From positions 2,880 to 66,879 of the forward strand of contig JAGONC010000001.1 of NCBI GenBank assembly GCA_017993235.1: a stretch of 64,000 bases of DNA, in the 5' to 3' direction. The position numbers and the translations under genes were made by a program. This document shows positions 28,284-38,594 of the stretch, piece by piece (position 1 is the stretch's first letter; each line of letters opens with the position of its first letter). The notes under the pieces are model-generated. The model ran no database searches, had not been told where the DNA came from, and worked only from the letters and a program-made list of their open reading frames with translations. This DNA is from Lentimicrobiaceae bacterium. GTDB taxonomy: Bacteria > Bacteroidota > Bacteroidia > Bacteroidales > JAGONC01.

Positions 28284-29027
28284 ATGAAAAAGCATCTGTT
28301 ATTGATCAGCAATTCCACCAATGCAGGGGAATTGTACCTGGAGTGGCCGAGGCCTTACATAAGGCAGTTTCTGGAAGGTAAAGGTGTCAAACGCATCCTG
28401 TTCCTGCCGTATGCCGGCATCAGCCTGGATCATTCCTCCCTTGAGCGATCCTACGATCTGTACGAGCAGAGGGTGAACCAGGTGTTTAATTCGCTGGGAT
28501 ATGAGATCTATTCCATCCACCGGGAACCCGATCCCATCGAAGCCATCGAAAATGCGGAAGCGATCGCCATTGGTGGTGGCAATACGTTTCATCTGGTCCA
28601 CATGATGCATGAGCTCGGACTGATAACCGCCATCCATGACCGCGTGATGGATGGGATTCCCTACATGGGCTGGAGTGCAGGTGCCAACGTAGCCTGCCCA
28701 TCACTGAAAACGACCAACGATATGCCCATAATTGAACCCGCCAGCTTTCAGTGCCTTCACCTGGTGCCATTTCAGATCAATCCGCATTACCTGGATGCAC
28801 ACCCGGAAGGTCATGGCGGGGAGACACGACAACAGCGGATCGAGGAATTCCTGCTGGCCAACAGGGATATTTTTGTTGCCGGCTTGCGTGAAGCCACCCT
28901 GCTGCAGGTTGACGGTGACCAGATCTCGTTAAAAGGAAACCGGCCCATGAGGCTTTTCCGGTACGGAAGAGAACCGGAAGAGTTTGAACCGGGAAGCAAT
29001 ATCAACCTGCTCATGGATTATGCCTGA
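28284..29027 (+). CDS. pepE: dipeptidase E (peptidase S51)
   Basis: MKKHLLLISNS..., IAIGGGNTFHL and GWSAGANV motifs. The track ORF starts upstream at 28218, inside the parC tail. Confidence 0.82.
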   Translation: MKKHLLLISNSTNAGELYLEWPRPYIRQFLEGKGVKRILFLPYAGISLDHSSLERSYDLYEQRVNQVFNSLGYEIYSIHREPDPIEAIENAEAIAIGGGNTFHLVHMMHELGLITAIHDRVMDGIPYMGWSAGANVACPSLKTTNDMPIIEPASFQCLHLVPFQINPHYLDAHPEGHGGETRQQRIEEFLLANRDIFVAGLREATLLQVDGDQISLKGNRPMRLFRYGREPEEFEPGSNINLLMDYA

Positions 29028-29071
29028 TCCAGGGCCTTTATCATTTTACCATTCATTTAATCCTATTGATC

Positions 29072-29689
29072 ATGGAGACCAAACTTAAGGAACTGACCGA
29101 ACGCATTTATGAGGAAGGTATTCTGAAAGCCCGCAGGGAAGGGGAGGAGATCGTTGAACAGGCACGGCAGGAAGCTGCACTACGGTTGGATGAGGCCGCA
29201 AAAGAAGCCACACAGATCCTGGATCAGGCCCGCCGGCAGGCGGATGAGATCCGGAAAAATATCACCGCCGAAGTCGGACTGACCACTCACCAGGCACTGG
29301 GAGCCCTGCGGCAGCAGATCATGAACCTCATCACCCTGAAAATGATCGATCAACCTGTTAAAAAGGTGTTCCAGGAGAGTGATTTCATCCGAAATCTGAT
29401 CGAAGTGCTGGTCAAGAACTGGCCGGCCAGCGATAAATCTCAAGGCCTTCAGGTAATGCTTTCCGAAAAGTACCTGAAAGAGGTGAATGATTATTTCACC
29501 CTGCGTCAGCATGAACTGCTGGATGGCGGACTGGAAATTACTGGGGATGAAAACCTACCGACCGGATTCCGGATCGGACCCAGGGACGGGAATTACAGGA
29601 TCAGCTTTACGGACGAGGATTTCGCCGGTTTTATCAAGGCTTACCTGCGCCCACGGACACAGCAGATGCTTTTCGGAGATAACCAGTGA
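29072..29689 (+). CDS. V-type ATP synthase subunit E
   Basis: Coiled-coil N-terminus METKLKELTERIYEEGILKARREGEEIVEQARQEA. First gene of the V-ATPase operon. The track start at 29066 is a TTG. Confidence 0.8.
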   Translation: METKLKELTERIYEEGILKARREGEEIVEQARQEAALRLDEAAKEATQILDQARRQADEIRKNITAEVGLTTHQALGALRQQIMNLITLKMIDQPVKKVFQESDFIRNLIEVLVKNWPASDKSQGLQVMLSEKYLKEVNDYFTLRQHELLDGGLEITGDENLPTGFRIGPRDGNYRISFTDEDFAGFIKAYLRPRTQQMLFGDNQ

Positions 29690-30525
29690 TGAGCAGAAAC
29701 TATTACTATCTGGTGGCAGGACTTCCTGAGCTGTTCATGGAGCAGAACAAACGGCCCTTTGATCTTGCAGCTTTCAAAGCGGAGCTCAGGGAGTTTCTTC
29801 ATCCGGATGATTTCAGCCTCGTGGAAGTGCTGTTTTTGCCCTATGATCATCTTAACCTGTTGAGCCTTTTGCAAAAAAAGAACACTCCCTTCCACCCCCT
29901 TGGCAAATTCAGCGCCGACGAGCTGGAAGAAGAGATCAGGGAACCCCTGGCAGTGCCTTCGTATTTTAAGAACTTCATCGAACGTTTCAGGGAAGAAGCA
30001 GATACCCCACAGGATCAAACCTGGGAAAATCAGCTCACGGAACTGTATTACGATCATGCCTCCTCATGTTCAAATCCCTTTATCCGTACCTGGTTTGGAT
30101 TTGAAAAGAACCTGCGGAACATCCTGACAGCCTACACATGCCGGAAATTCGGAATGGCAGCCGACCATGAGCTTGTGGGGCAGGGCGAATTCGTTGAATC
30201 CCTGAAGAAAAGCCAGGCGAGGGATTTTGGACTCAGCGGAGAGGTGGATTTCATGGACAGGCTGCTGAGCATACTGGATAATCCGAATTTGTTCGAGCGG
30301 GAGAAAGGATTGGACCTGTTGCGATGGAACTATCTGGATGAGCTTAATACGTTTCATTATTTTACCATTGAAGTCATCCTGGCCTATGTTATCAAGCTGC
30401 TGATCATCGAAAGGTGGCTGATCCTCGACAGGTCAACGGGTGAGCAGTTATTCCGTCAGTTCCTGGAGGATCTCAGGAGCAGTTATGAATTTCCAACAGA
30501 ATACACAACGCATGAGAGAAGGTAG
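29689..30525 (+). CDS. DUF2764-type V-ATPase accessory subunit (C-subunit analogue)
   Basis: MSRNYYYLVAGLPEL N-terminus. Position between the E and A subunits, as in Bacteroidota V-ATPase operons. TGATG overlap with the E stop. Confidence 0.7.
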   Translation: MSRNYYYLVAGLPELFMEQNKRPFDLAAFKAELREFLHPDDFSLVEVLFLPYDHLNLLSLLQKKNTPFHPLGKFSADELEEEIREPLAVPSYFKNFIERFREEADTPQDQTWENQLTELYYDHASSCSNPFIRTWFGFEKNLRNILTAYTCRKFGMAADHELVGQGEFVESLKKSQARDFGLSGEVDFMDRLLSILDNPNLFEREKGLDLLRWNYLDELNTFHYFTIEVILAYVIKLLIIERWLILDRSTGEQLFRQFLEDLRSSYEFPTEYTTHERR

Positions 30526-32278
30526 CAATACAACCGGAAGGGTTGCAGGAGTCATTTCGAACCTGGTTCACCTTGAAGTGGATGGACCGGTTCGCCAGAA
30601 TGAAATATGTTATATTCACCTGGGATCCATACGCCTGATGGCGGAGGTGATCAAGGTAAAGGGGAAGTATGCGTACTGTCAGGTCTTTGAAAGTACGCGG
30701 GGGCTCAAGGTGGGGGCCTCTGCAGCGTTCACCGGCCACATGCTTGAGGTAACGCTGGGACCTGGCATTCTTTCCAAGAATTACGACGGACTCCAGAATG
30801 ACCTCGATAAGATGAAGGAGATCTTTTTGCAGCGCGGAGAGCATACATTTCCCCTGGACGAAGATGTGGACTGGCATTTCAAGCCGCTTGCGCATTCCGG
30901 CCAGGCTGTCACCGCCGGCGACTGGCTGGGGGAGGTCAGGGAGAACTGGATGGATCACCGGATCATGGTTCCCTTCAGCATGACGGAGACCTATACGGTA
31001 AAGGAGGTGGCCACGGAAGGTGATTACCGGATTCATCATCCCATCGCCACGCTGCAGGATCGCCGGGGTAATGACATACCCGTCACCATGGTGCAAAAAT
31101 GGCCGGTAAAGATCCCTGTCAAAGCGTTCAGGGAAAAGATCCGTCCTTTCCGGGTGCTGGAAACGGGCGTACGGTGCATCGACACGCTGAATCCGATCAC
31201 GGAAGGGGGAACCGGCTTCATCCCGGGGCCATTCGGTTGCGGCAAGACCGTTCTGCAACACGCCCTTTCCCGTCAGGCCGAAGCGGATATGGTCATCGTG
31301 GCCGCCTGCGGGGAAAGAGCCAACGAAGTGGTGGAAATATTCAAGGAATTCCCCGAGCTGGAGGATGCCCGCACCGGCCGCAAGCTGAAAGAACGGACCA
31401 CGATCATCGCCAACACCTCCAATATGCCCGTGGCAGCACGTGAAGCATCTGTCTACACCGCCATGACCATCGCAGAGTACTACCGCTCCATGGGCCATAA
31501 GATCCTGCTGCTGGCCGACTCCACCTCACGCTGGGCACAGGCACTCCGCGAAATGTCGAACCGTATGGAGGAACTCCCCGGCCCGGACGCTTTTCCTATG
31601 GACCTGCCGGCGATCATCTCCAACTTCTACTCCCGCGCAGGCTATGTCATCCTGAACAATGGGAAAACAGGCTCCATTACGTTCATCGGAACAGTCTCGC
31701 CCGCCGGCGGGAACCTGAAAGAACCCGTCACCGAATCCACCAAAAAAGTGGCCCGCAGTTTCTACGCACTTTCACAGCAGCGTTCCGACAGCAAACGCTA
31801 CCCGGCCATCGACCCGATCGACAGTTATTCAAAATACCTGGAATACCCGGAAGTGAAAGCCTATTTTGACGAAAATATTTCCGAACGATGGCTCGACCAG
31901 GTCATCCAGCTCAAGGACCTGCTCATTCGCGGTAAGGAAGCGTTTGAACAGATCAATATTCTGGGCGATGACGGCGTACCGCTGGACTATCACATCCGTT
32001 ACTGGAAGTCGGAAGTGATCGACTTCATCATCCTGCAACAGGATGCCTTCGATAAAGTGGACGCTTCAACGCCCATCGAACGGCAGAAATACATGCTGGA
32101 TAAGATCCTGCACATTTGCGACAGGGAATTCACCTTCGATAATTTTGAGGAGGTGAATCCTTTCTTCAAGCGGGTGATCAACCTGCTGAAACAGATGAAT
32201 TATTCAGCCTTCAGGTCTGAATCATTCACCGATTACGAACAACAACTTGACAATGTACTATCCGAACGATTGAACTGA
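30512..32278 (+). CDS. V-type ATP synthase catalytic subunit A
   Basis: Walker A GPFGCGKTVLQ; RTTIIANTSNMPVAAREAS and LLADSTSRWAQALRE. Start chosen at MREGSNTTGRVAGVISNLV; the track start is 30440. Confidence 0.92.
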   Translation: MREGSNTTGRVAGVISNLVHLEVDGPVRQNEICYIHLGSIRLMAEVIKVKGKYAYCQVFESTRGLKVGASAAFTGHMLEVTLGPGILSKNYDGLQNDLDKMKEIFLQRGEHTFPLDEDVDWHFKPLAHSGQAVTAGDWLGEVRENWMDHRIMVPFSMTETYTVKEVATEGDYRIHHPIATLQDRRGNDIPVTMVQKWPVKIPVKAFREKIRPFRVLETGVRCIDTLNPITEGGTGFIPGPFGCGKTVLQHALSRQAEADMVIVAACGERANEVVEIFKEFPELEDARTGRKLKERTTIIANTSNMPVAAREASVYTAMTIAEYYRSMGHKILLLADSTSRWAQALREMSNRMEELPGPDAFPMDLPAIISNFYSRAGYVILNNGKTGSITFIGTVSPAGGNLKEPVTESTKKVARSFYALSQQRSDSKRYPAIDPIDSYSKYLEYPEVKAYFDENISERWLDQVIQLKDLLIRGKEAFEQINILGDDGVPLDYHIRYWKSEVIDFIILQQDAFDKVDASTPIERQKYMLDKILHICDREFTFDNFEEVNPFFKRVINLLKQMNYSAFRSESFTDYEQQLDNVLSERLN

Positions 32279-33591
32279 TGGAAAAAACAGCATTTCAGAA
32301 GATCTATACGAAGATCACACAGGTGACCAAGGCTACCTGCACGCTTCACGCCGGGGACGTGGGATACGAGGAGATGGCCATGGTGGGCGGCAGGCTGGCA
32401 CAGGTGGTGAAGATCATCGGCGATGAGGTTACCCTGCAGGTTTTCAAGGGAACGGAAGGCATACCGACCAATGCCGAAGTGATCTTCCTTGGGAAACCTC
32501 CGATGCTCAGGGTGGGGGAAGAGCTCGCCGGGAGGTTCTTTAATGCGTACGGGCAGCCCATCGACGGCGGACCGGAAATCAGCGGTGAAGAACGTGCGAT
32601 CGGCGGCCCGTCGGTGAATCCCGTAAAACGGGAGCAGCCCTCACAGCTGATCGCAACCGGCATCGCCGGCATTGACCTGAACAATACCATTGTGACAGGC
32701 CAGAAGATCCCCTTCTTTGCCGATCCTGACCAGCCCTACAACCAGGTGATGGCCATGGTGGCCCTCCGGGCCAGGGCGGATAAGATCATCCTCGGGGGTA
32801 TGGGACTTACACTCGACGATTACCTTTTCTACAAACAGGTCTTCGACAATGCCGGCGCACTGGACCGTATCATCAGTTTTGTCAATACCACCGAAGATCC
32901 TCCGGTGGAACGACTCCTGGTACCCGACATGGTACTGGCCGCTGCGGAATACTTTGCCGCCGACAAAAACGAAAAAGTGCTGGTGCTTCTCACCGACATG
33001 ACCCTTTATTCGGATGCACTGAGCATTGTGTCCAACCGGATGGACCAGATCCCTTCGAAAGACAGCATGCCCGGATCTCTGTACAGCGACCTGGCCAGGA
33101 TCTATGAAAAGGCGGTCCAGTTCCCCGCCGGCGGATCCATCACGATCATTGCGGTCACCACGCTTTCAGGAGGCGATATCACCCATTCGATCCCCGACAA
33201 TACCGGTTATATTACGGAGGGACAGCTCTTCCTGCGACGAGATACCGACATCGGCAAGGTGATCGTGGACCCCTTCAGAAGCCTATCACGGCTGAAACAA
33301 CTGGTGATCGGAATCCAGACCCGGGCCGACCATCCCCAGGTGATGAATACCGCTATCCGTCTCTATGCTGACGCTGCCAACGCCCGCACCAAACTCGAAA
33401 ATGGTTTCGACCTGACGGAATATGACCAGCGTACCATGCGCTTTGCCAAGGAATATTCCGATAAGCTGCTGGCCATTGATATTAACATCGATATCACCAA
33501 AATGCTGGATACGGCCTGGGACCTGTTTAAAAAACATTTTCGCCGGGAAGAGCTGGGCATCAAAAAGGAATTTATCGACACCTATTGGTAA
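32278..33591 (+). CDS. V-type ATP synthase subunit B
   Basis: 437 aa. GRFFNAYGQPIDGGP, LTDMTLYSDAL and GSITIIAVTTLSGGDITHSIPDNTGYITEGQ. TGATG junction with subunit A. Confidence 0.92.
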   Translation: MEKTAFQKIYTKITQVTKATCTLHAGDVGYEEMAMVGGRLAQVVKIIGDEVTLQVFKGTEGIPTNAEVIFLGKPPMLRVGEELAGRFFNAYGQPIDGGPEISGEERAIGGPSVNPVKREQPSQLIATGIAGIDLNNTIVTGQKIPFFADPDQPYNQVMAMVALRARADKIILGGMGLTLDDYLFYKQVFDNAGALDRIISFVNTTEDPPVERLLVPDMVLAAAEYFAADKNEKVLVLLTDMTLYSDALSIVSNRMDQIPSKDSMPGSLYSDLARIYEKAVQFPAGGSITIIAVTTLSGGDITHSIPDNTGYITEGQLFLRRDTDIGKVIVDPFRSLSRLKQLVIGIQTRADHPQVMNTAIRLYADAANARTKLENGFDLTEYDQRTMRFAKEYSDKLLAIDINIDITKMLDTAWDLFKKHFRREELGIKKEFIDTYW

Positions 33592-33632
33592 AAATTAAAA
33601 ATTAAGGATTAAGGATTAAGGATTATTAATTA
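33591..33632. repeat. heptanucleotide tandem array (AAAATTA x2, AGGATTA x3, TTAATTA)
   Basis: Exact 7-bp register over 6 units. Lies in the V-ATPase B-D intergenic spacer. Confidence 0.85.
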
Positions 33633-33669
33633 ATTATCGAATAGCCCGTAGGGCTTTAAGCATTGTAAC

Positions 33670-34272
33670 ATGGCTATCAAGTTTCAGTTCAACAAAACCG
33701 CGCTCCAGGAGCTGAACAAGCAGTTGACCGTACGCGAGCGGGCTCTCCCCACCATCAAGAACAAGGAGACCGCCCTGCGCGTGGAGGTGAAGAAAGCCCG
33801 TGATACGGCCCAACAGCTGGAAATGAGCCTTAAGGTTAAGATGGCTGAATACGATAAGGCAGTGGAACTGTGGGGCGAGTTTGATCCATCCCTGCTCTCC
33901 ATCCGGGATGTCCAGCTATCGGTGAAGAAGATCGCCGGGGTAAAGACACCCGTATTGGAAAAGATCGATTTTGAGACCGGCCAGTTCAGCCTGTTCAATC
34001 AGCCATCATGGATACTGGATGGCATACAGATCCTCAGGGAACTGGCTTCCGTTGCCATTGAACGGGAAGTCTACCTGCGCAAAATGCAGCTGCTGGATTT
34101 TGCCCGAAGGAAAACAACGCAAAAGGTCAACCTGTACGAGAAAGTGCAGATACCTGGTTATCAGGATGCCATACGAAAGATCAAGCGGTTTATGGAAGAT
34201 GAGGAAAATCTTTCCAAATCCGCACAAAAGATACTGAAAAGCAGGCAGGATTCATCCGGGGAGGCCGTATGA
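33670..34272 (+). CDS. V-type ATP synthase subunit D
   Basis: 200 aa. NKTALQELNKQLTVRERALPTIKNKETAL coiled coil. Operon position. Confidence 0.82.
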   Translation: MAIKFQFNKTALQELNKQLTVRERALPTIKNKETALRVEVKKARDTAQQLEMSLKVKMAEYDKAVELWGEFDPSLLSIRDVQLSVKKIAGVKTPVLEKIDFETGQFSLFNQPSWILDGIQILRELASVAIEREVYLRKMQLLDFARRKTTQKVNLYEKVQIPGYQDAIRKIKRFMEDEENLSKSAQKILKSRQDSSGEAV

Positions 34273-36050
34273 TCATACCCATGAAAAAATATTCATTTCT
34301 GATCTACCACAGGGACTTTCCTGAGTTCCTGGAGGAACTTCAGCAGCTTGGCGTCCTGGACATTCTGGAGCGTAAGGCGGATCTGGATCCTGCCCTTCAG
34401 GATCGTCTTCTGCTGATCCGGCAGATCAAGAGCACCATCAAGTCGCTTTCCAGACGGAAAACGGTGATCCCATCCGCCGAACCGGGAGAGGCCGACGGAA
34501 TGCAGGTGTTTGAAACGATCAATCGTCTTGAAGCGGAATCCGACCAGTTGCGTCATGAGCTTGCGATGCTCCGCAAGGCGTATCTGCAAACCGCACCCTG
34601 GGGCTCATTTTCGCCTGAAACGATCCGGCGTCTGAAGGAAGCGGGTGTCACGGTCAGGCTGTTCACCTGTACAGAAAAAAGATTCAATCCCCTCTGGCCG
34701 GAAAAATACCCCGTATCGGTGATCAGCTCCTCGCAGGGGAAACGCTATTTTGTGATGTTCCAAAATGACGATACGACACCGGAGATCAACGCCGAAGAGA
34801 TGAAACTGCCCGACCGGCCTGTGGATGAGGTGATGCAGGAGCAAAAACAGGTAGAAGACCGGATCCGTGAGATCAGCCATCAACTCGATGAGATCGCGGG
34901 GCGGGACATTCCTGCCCTGACCACGGAGATGCATCATCTTCAGAATGAAGCGGACCATCAAAAGGCACAGCTTCATACGCTCAGGGAAGTGGACGAGAAA
35001 CTGATGATCATCGAGGGCTGGATCCCGGCTGACCGCGAAAAAGAACTCAATTCGATCCTTGACGGTAAGGATCATGTCTATTTCTCCGTGACGCCCGGCA
35101 TTCAGGAGAAACCACCCGTCCTGCTGAAAAACAACGCATTTGCCAGGCTGTTCGAGCCTATCGGCAACCTGTTTTCACTGCCCGATTATCATGAGCTCGA
35201 TCTCACACCCTTTTTTGCCCCGTTCTTTATGATGTTTTTTGGATTCTGCATGGGCGATGCGGGGTATGGACTCGTGTTCATCCTGGGTGCTACCCTTATA
35301 AAGCTCACCATGAGGCACAGGATCGCCAGGTTTGTTCCAATCCTGACCCTGATCCAGTGGCTGGGTGCGGGCACGGTGATCTTCGGTACCCTGACGGGAA
35401 CCTTCTTTGGTATCCAGCTGCCTGAGGTAGAGCAACTTGGAAATTTTCGCAGGATCATGCTCGACAACGACAAAGCCTTTAATCTGGCGTTGATCATGGG
35501 CGCCATACAAATTCTTGCCGGAACGGTCATCCGTGCTGTCAACCAGTTCAGGCAGAACGGCCCCCTTCACAGCCTGTCGCCGGTTGGTTGGATCCTGCTG
35601 CTTCTGGGACTGGCCGATCTGATGCTTTTAAAGCTGACCGGTATTTTTGGACAGATCCTGATCTATGCCGGCATCTTCCTGATCGTTTTTTTCAGCGATC
35701 CGAAGCTGGGCATTTTCGGGCGCATTGGGAAAGGCCTGTGGGATCTTTACGGCATAACGGGTATATTCGGTGATCTGTTGTCGTATATCCGTTTGTTTGC
35801 CCTGGGAGCCTCCGGTGCCATACTCGGCTTTGTCATCAACGACATCGCGCTTCAGTTGCTATCGGTCGGACCGGTCATCGGCGATCTGCTGTTCGTTATC
35901 TTTCTGCTGATCGGTCATGCGCTGGTCATCGCCATCAGTGCACTGGGTGCCTTTGTGCATCCCATGCGTCTTACGTTTGTCGAATTTTACAAGAACTCCG
36001 GCTTTGCCGGAGGCGGCAAGAAATACAATCCATTTTCAATTAAAAAATAA
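34269..36050 (+). CDS. V-type ATP synthase subunit I (membrane a-subunit)
   Basis: 593 aa. Soluble N-terminal half, then a polytopic C-terminal half with LSYIRLFALG. ATGA overlap with subunit D. Confidence 0.85.
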   Translation: MIIPMKKYSFLIYHRDFPEFLEELQQLGVLDILERKADLDPALQDRLLLIRQIKSTIKSLSRRKTVIPSAEPGEADGMQVFETINRLEAESDQLRHELAMLRKAYLQTAPWGSFSPETIRRLKEAGVTVRLFTCTEKRFNPLWPEKYPVSVISSSQGKRYFVMFQNDDTTPEINAEEMKLPDRPVDEVMQEQKQVEDRIREISHQLDEIAGRDIPALTTEMHHLQNEADHQKAQLHTLREVDEKLMIIEGWIPADREKELNSILDGKDHVYFSVTPGIQEKPPVLLKNNAFARLFEPIGNLFSLPDYHELDLTPFFAPFFMMFFGFCMGDAGYGLVFILGATLIKLTMRHRIARFVPILTLIQWLGAGTVIFGTLTGTFFGIQLPEVEQLGNFRRIMLDNDKAFNLALIMGAIQILAGTVIRAVNQFRQNGPLHSLSPVGWILLLLGLADLMLLKLTGIFGQILIYAGIFLIVFFSDPKLGIFGRIGKGLWDLYGITGIFGDLLSYIRLFALGASGAILGFVINDIALQLLSVGPVIGDLLFVIFLLIGHALVIAISALGAFVHPMRLTFVEFYKNSGFAGGGKKYNPFSIKK

Positions 36051-36521
<471 letters not shown>

Positions 36522-36545
36522 GGATTGTCAGGGCTGGTAGGGATC

Positions 36546-37076
36546 TTAACGAAAATGGTTTTTCTTAAGATCGCTTACCCATTCACGAATACGTCCCTCG
36601 CTCAGTTCCGCCTGGTTATGCTCATCCAGTGCAAGACCCAGGAAAAAGCCATCGTCATAGGCTTTGGATTCGGTGTGTTCATATCCTTCTGCAGGCCATT
36701 TTCCGACAATGACAGCCCCATGGGCCTGAAGCTCTTTGGCCAGGCGGGCCATCTCATCCACATAATGCCGGGGATACAGTACCTGGTCACCCAGTCCGTA
36801 CAGGGCAACCTTTTTCCCCCTGAAATCAAGGTTCATCTTACCGAGTTTCGTGTAAAAGTGGAGCCAGGGATTGCCCGTATAGGCATCACGCCAGGAATCG
36901 GCACCCACCGTTGAACAACCAAAGATCAGGTAGGTATAGTCCTTCAACAGGTTCATATCCATATCGCGCAGCGGTATCAGTTCAGCAACGGTTTCACCCC
37001 ATTCCACCTGGATTCTTTTTGCATTCAGCTCCACACTTCCCCTTTTGGGCCAGTAGACGATACCGATTTTCTTCAT
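36546..37076 (-). CDS. fldA: long-chain flavodoxin
   Basis: MKKIGIVYWPKRGSVE, FGCSTVGADSW, VALYGLGDQ and GLALDEHNQ motifs. Confidence 0.85.
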   Translation of the reverse strand: MKKIGIVYWPKRGSVELNAKRIQVEWGETVAELIPLRDMDMNLLKDYTYLIFGCSTVGADSWRDAYTGNPWLHFYTKLGKMNLDFRGKKVALYGLGDQVLYPRHYVDEMARLAKELQAHGAVIVGKWPAEGYEHTESKAYDDGFFLGLALDEHNQAELSEGRIREWVSDLKKNHFR

Positions 37077-37100
37077 AATGCCGGGTTTAATGATTGACTT

Positions 37101-38510
37101 TTATTCCTGTTTTTTGTATGTTTCAATCAGATCGAGTATGTGCTTATCCTTACTCAGTTGCGGATAATAGGAAAACAACTGATCATAGTTTTCGTAATCC
37201 CGTATCAGTGCATCCCCGATGAGTCTATAAGCTTCCCTGACCTTGCCTGAACGGTAGGTGTAGATGGCCAGGCGGTATAGCAGATCGTTATTTTCGGGCT
37301 GCAGCTCCATTCCTTTTCTGAGTTCAGCTATGGCCTGTTGCAGGTCGCCCAGTTCCAGGTGTACATGGGAGATATCCAGCCAGATATCGGGATGCTGGGG
37401 ATCGATCTGGCTCACCTGCTGATACGACCGGAGGGATTCCTGCAGCAGTCCGCATTTGTGCTGCATGTCGCCCAGCAGATACCAGTAATCGGCATTTACC
37501 GGATCCAGGTTGATGGCCTTTTTGATATGAACGATTCCTTTCAGGGAATTTCCGAGTTCGTCGTATGCCATACCGATACCGATCCAGGCATCGGCCAGTT
37601 CATTATCCTTTTTCAGTGCCAGACGGTAATTTCCGATGGCCATTTCATACTCACATAGCTTTTCATAGCATTCGCCGATGTAATAATAGGTCATGGCTTC
37701 AGCTTCTTCATACCGGAAAGTTTCCTGATAGGTCTCAATGGCCTGACGGAATTCGTTGAGGTTGGCCAGGGAGTTGGCCTTGTTGAAATACGCTGAAGAA
37801 AACCGATCGTCGATGGCGATGGCAAAATCATATGCATCGATCGCCTCATGATAATTTTCCAGGTTATTCTGGGCCACACCCAGGTTGAACCACCCGGCAC
37901 GGGAATAGGGATTCTGATGGACGAATGAAGTGAAAAAGGCCACACATTCTTCCGGCCGGTTCAGGATCTCATAACAGAAAGATAATTCGAAGAGGTTGGG
38001 CTCATTATCCGGGTTGATCCCGGCAACTTTTTTCAGATGTTCGATCGCATGTTCATAATCCCCCATATTCTCGTACTCAAAGGCGATGGTGGTATAGAGA
38101 TCTTCCAGGTCATCGGTGCCAGGAATGGCTTTATTGTACTCCTCAATGGCCTTGTCGTAACGCTTTAGCTGGCTGTAAACTTCTCCTTTGGTGATATGGA
38201 TCTCGGAGTTCAGCGGATCCACCACCTCGATTTCAGAAAGGATCTTTAACGCTTTCTCGGATTTGTTGGAATATACAAAGTACTGGGCCTTTTTAAGCTG
38301 AAAGACCACCGAATCCGGATGTTGCTCCAGTGCCGTGTTGATGGCAACGCTTGTTTTTTTGAGGTTCTGTTTTTCAAAATAATAATCAATGATCGCCTCG
38401 AAGTCCTCAACATCAAAGAAGTAGTTCTCATTGAAGTTGACCATCCGCTCGAATCGTTTCACAACGCCTTCTACCCGTTCGTCCGTATGTTGATCTAAAT
38501 TCTCTTCCAT
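37101..38510 (-). CDS. tetratricopeptide repeat protein
   Basis: 469 aa of repeated 34-aa TPR-like units (W..LG.AY...G.Y.EAI..Y..AL..DP). Confidence 0.8.
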   Translation of the reverse strand: MEENLDQHTDERVEGVVKRFERMVNFNENYFFDVEDFEAIIDYYFEKQNLKKTSVAINTALEQHPDSVVFQLKKAQYFVYSNKSEKALKILSEIEVVDPLNSEIHITKGEVYSQLKRYDKAIEEYNKAIPGTDDLEDLYTTIAFEYENMGDYEHAIEHLKKVAGINPDNEPNLFELSFCYEILNRPEECVAFFTSFVHQNPYSRAGWFNLGVAQNNLENYHEAIDAYDFAIAIDDRFSSAYFNKANSLANLNEFRQAIETYQETFRYEEAEAMTYYYIGECYEKLCEYEMAIGNYRLALKKDNELADAWIGIGMAYDELGNSLKGIVHIKKAINLDPVNADYWYLLGDMQHKCGLLQESLRSYQQVSQIDPQHPDIWLDISHVHLELGDLQQAIAELRKGMELQPENNDLLYRLAIYTYRSGKVREAYRLIGDALIRDYENYDQLFSYYPQLSKDKHILDLIETYKKQE

Positions 38511-38550
38511 ACACGAATTTGACCCAAACTTCGTTTATATTTACTGGTGA

Positions 38551-38558
38551 CAAAAGTA
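38551..38558 (-). promoter_or_regulatory. -7 box TACTTTTG upstream of the TPR-flavodoxin unit
   Basis: Plus-strand CAAAAGTA, 41 nt upstream of ATG 38510. Confidence 0.4.
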
Positions 38559-38594
38559 ATAAAAAGAAAGGTGTAACAGCGAGGGCATTTTTTT

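Noticed and set aside
30473-31498. Long antisense ORFs opposite well-supported genes: 4501..5466, 30473..31498, 38883..39671, 42224..42898, 44686..45849, 52459..53493, 36525..36914 and many shorter ones
   Set aside because: Each overlaps a gene with strong family motifs on the other strand (PorX-like, V-ATPase A, glmM, GT2, TonB receptor, giant adhesin, flavodoxin). Their translations are Arg/Gly/His-rich low-information sequence typical of antisense frames.
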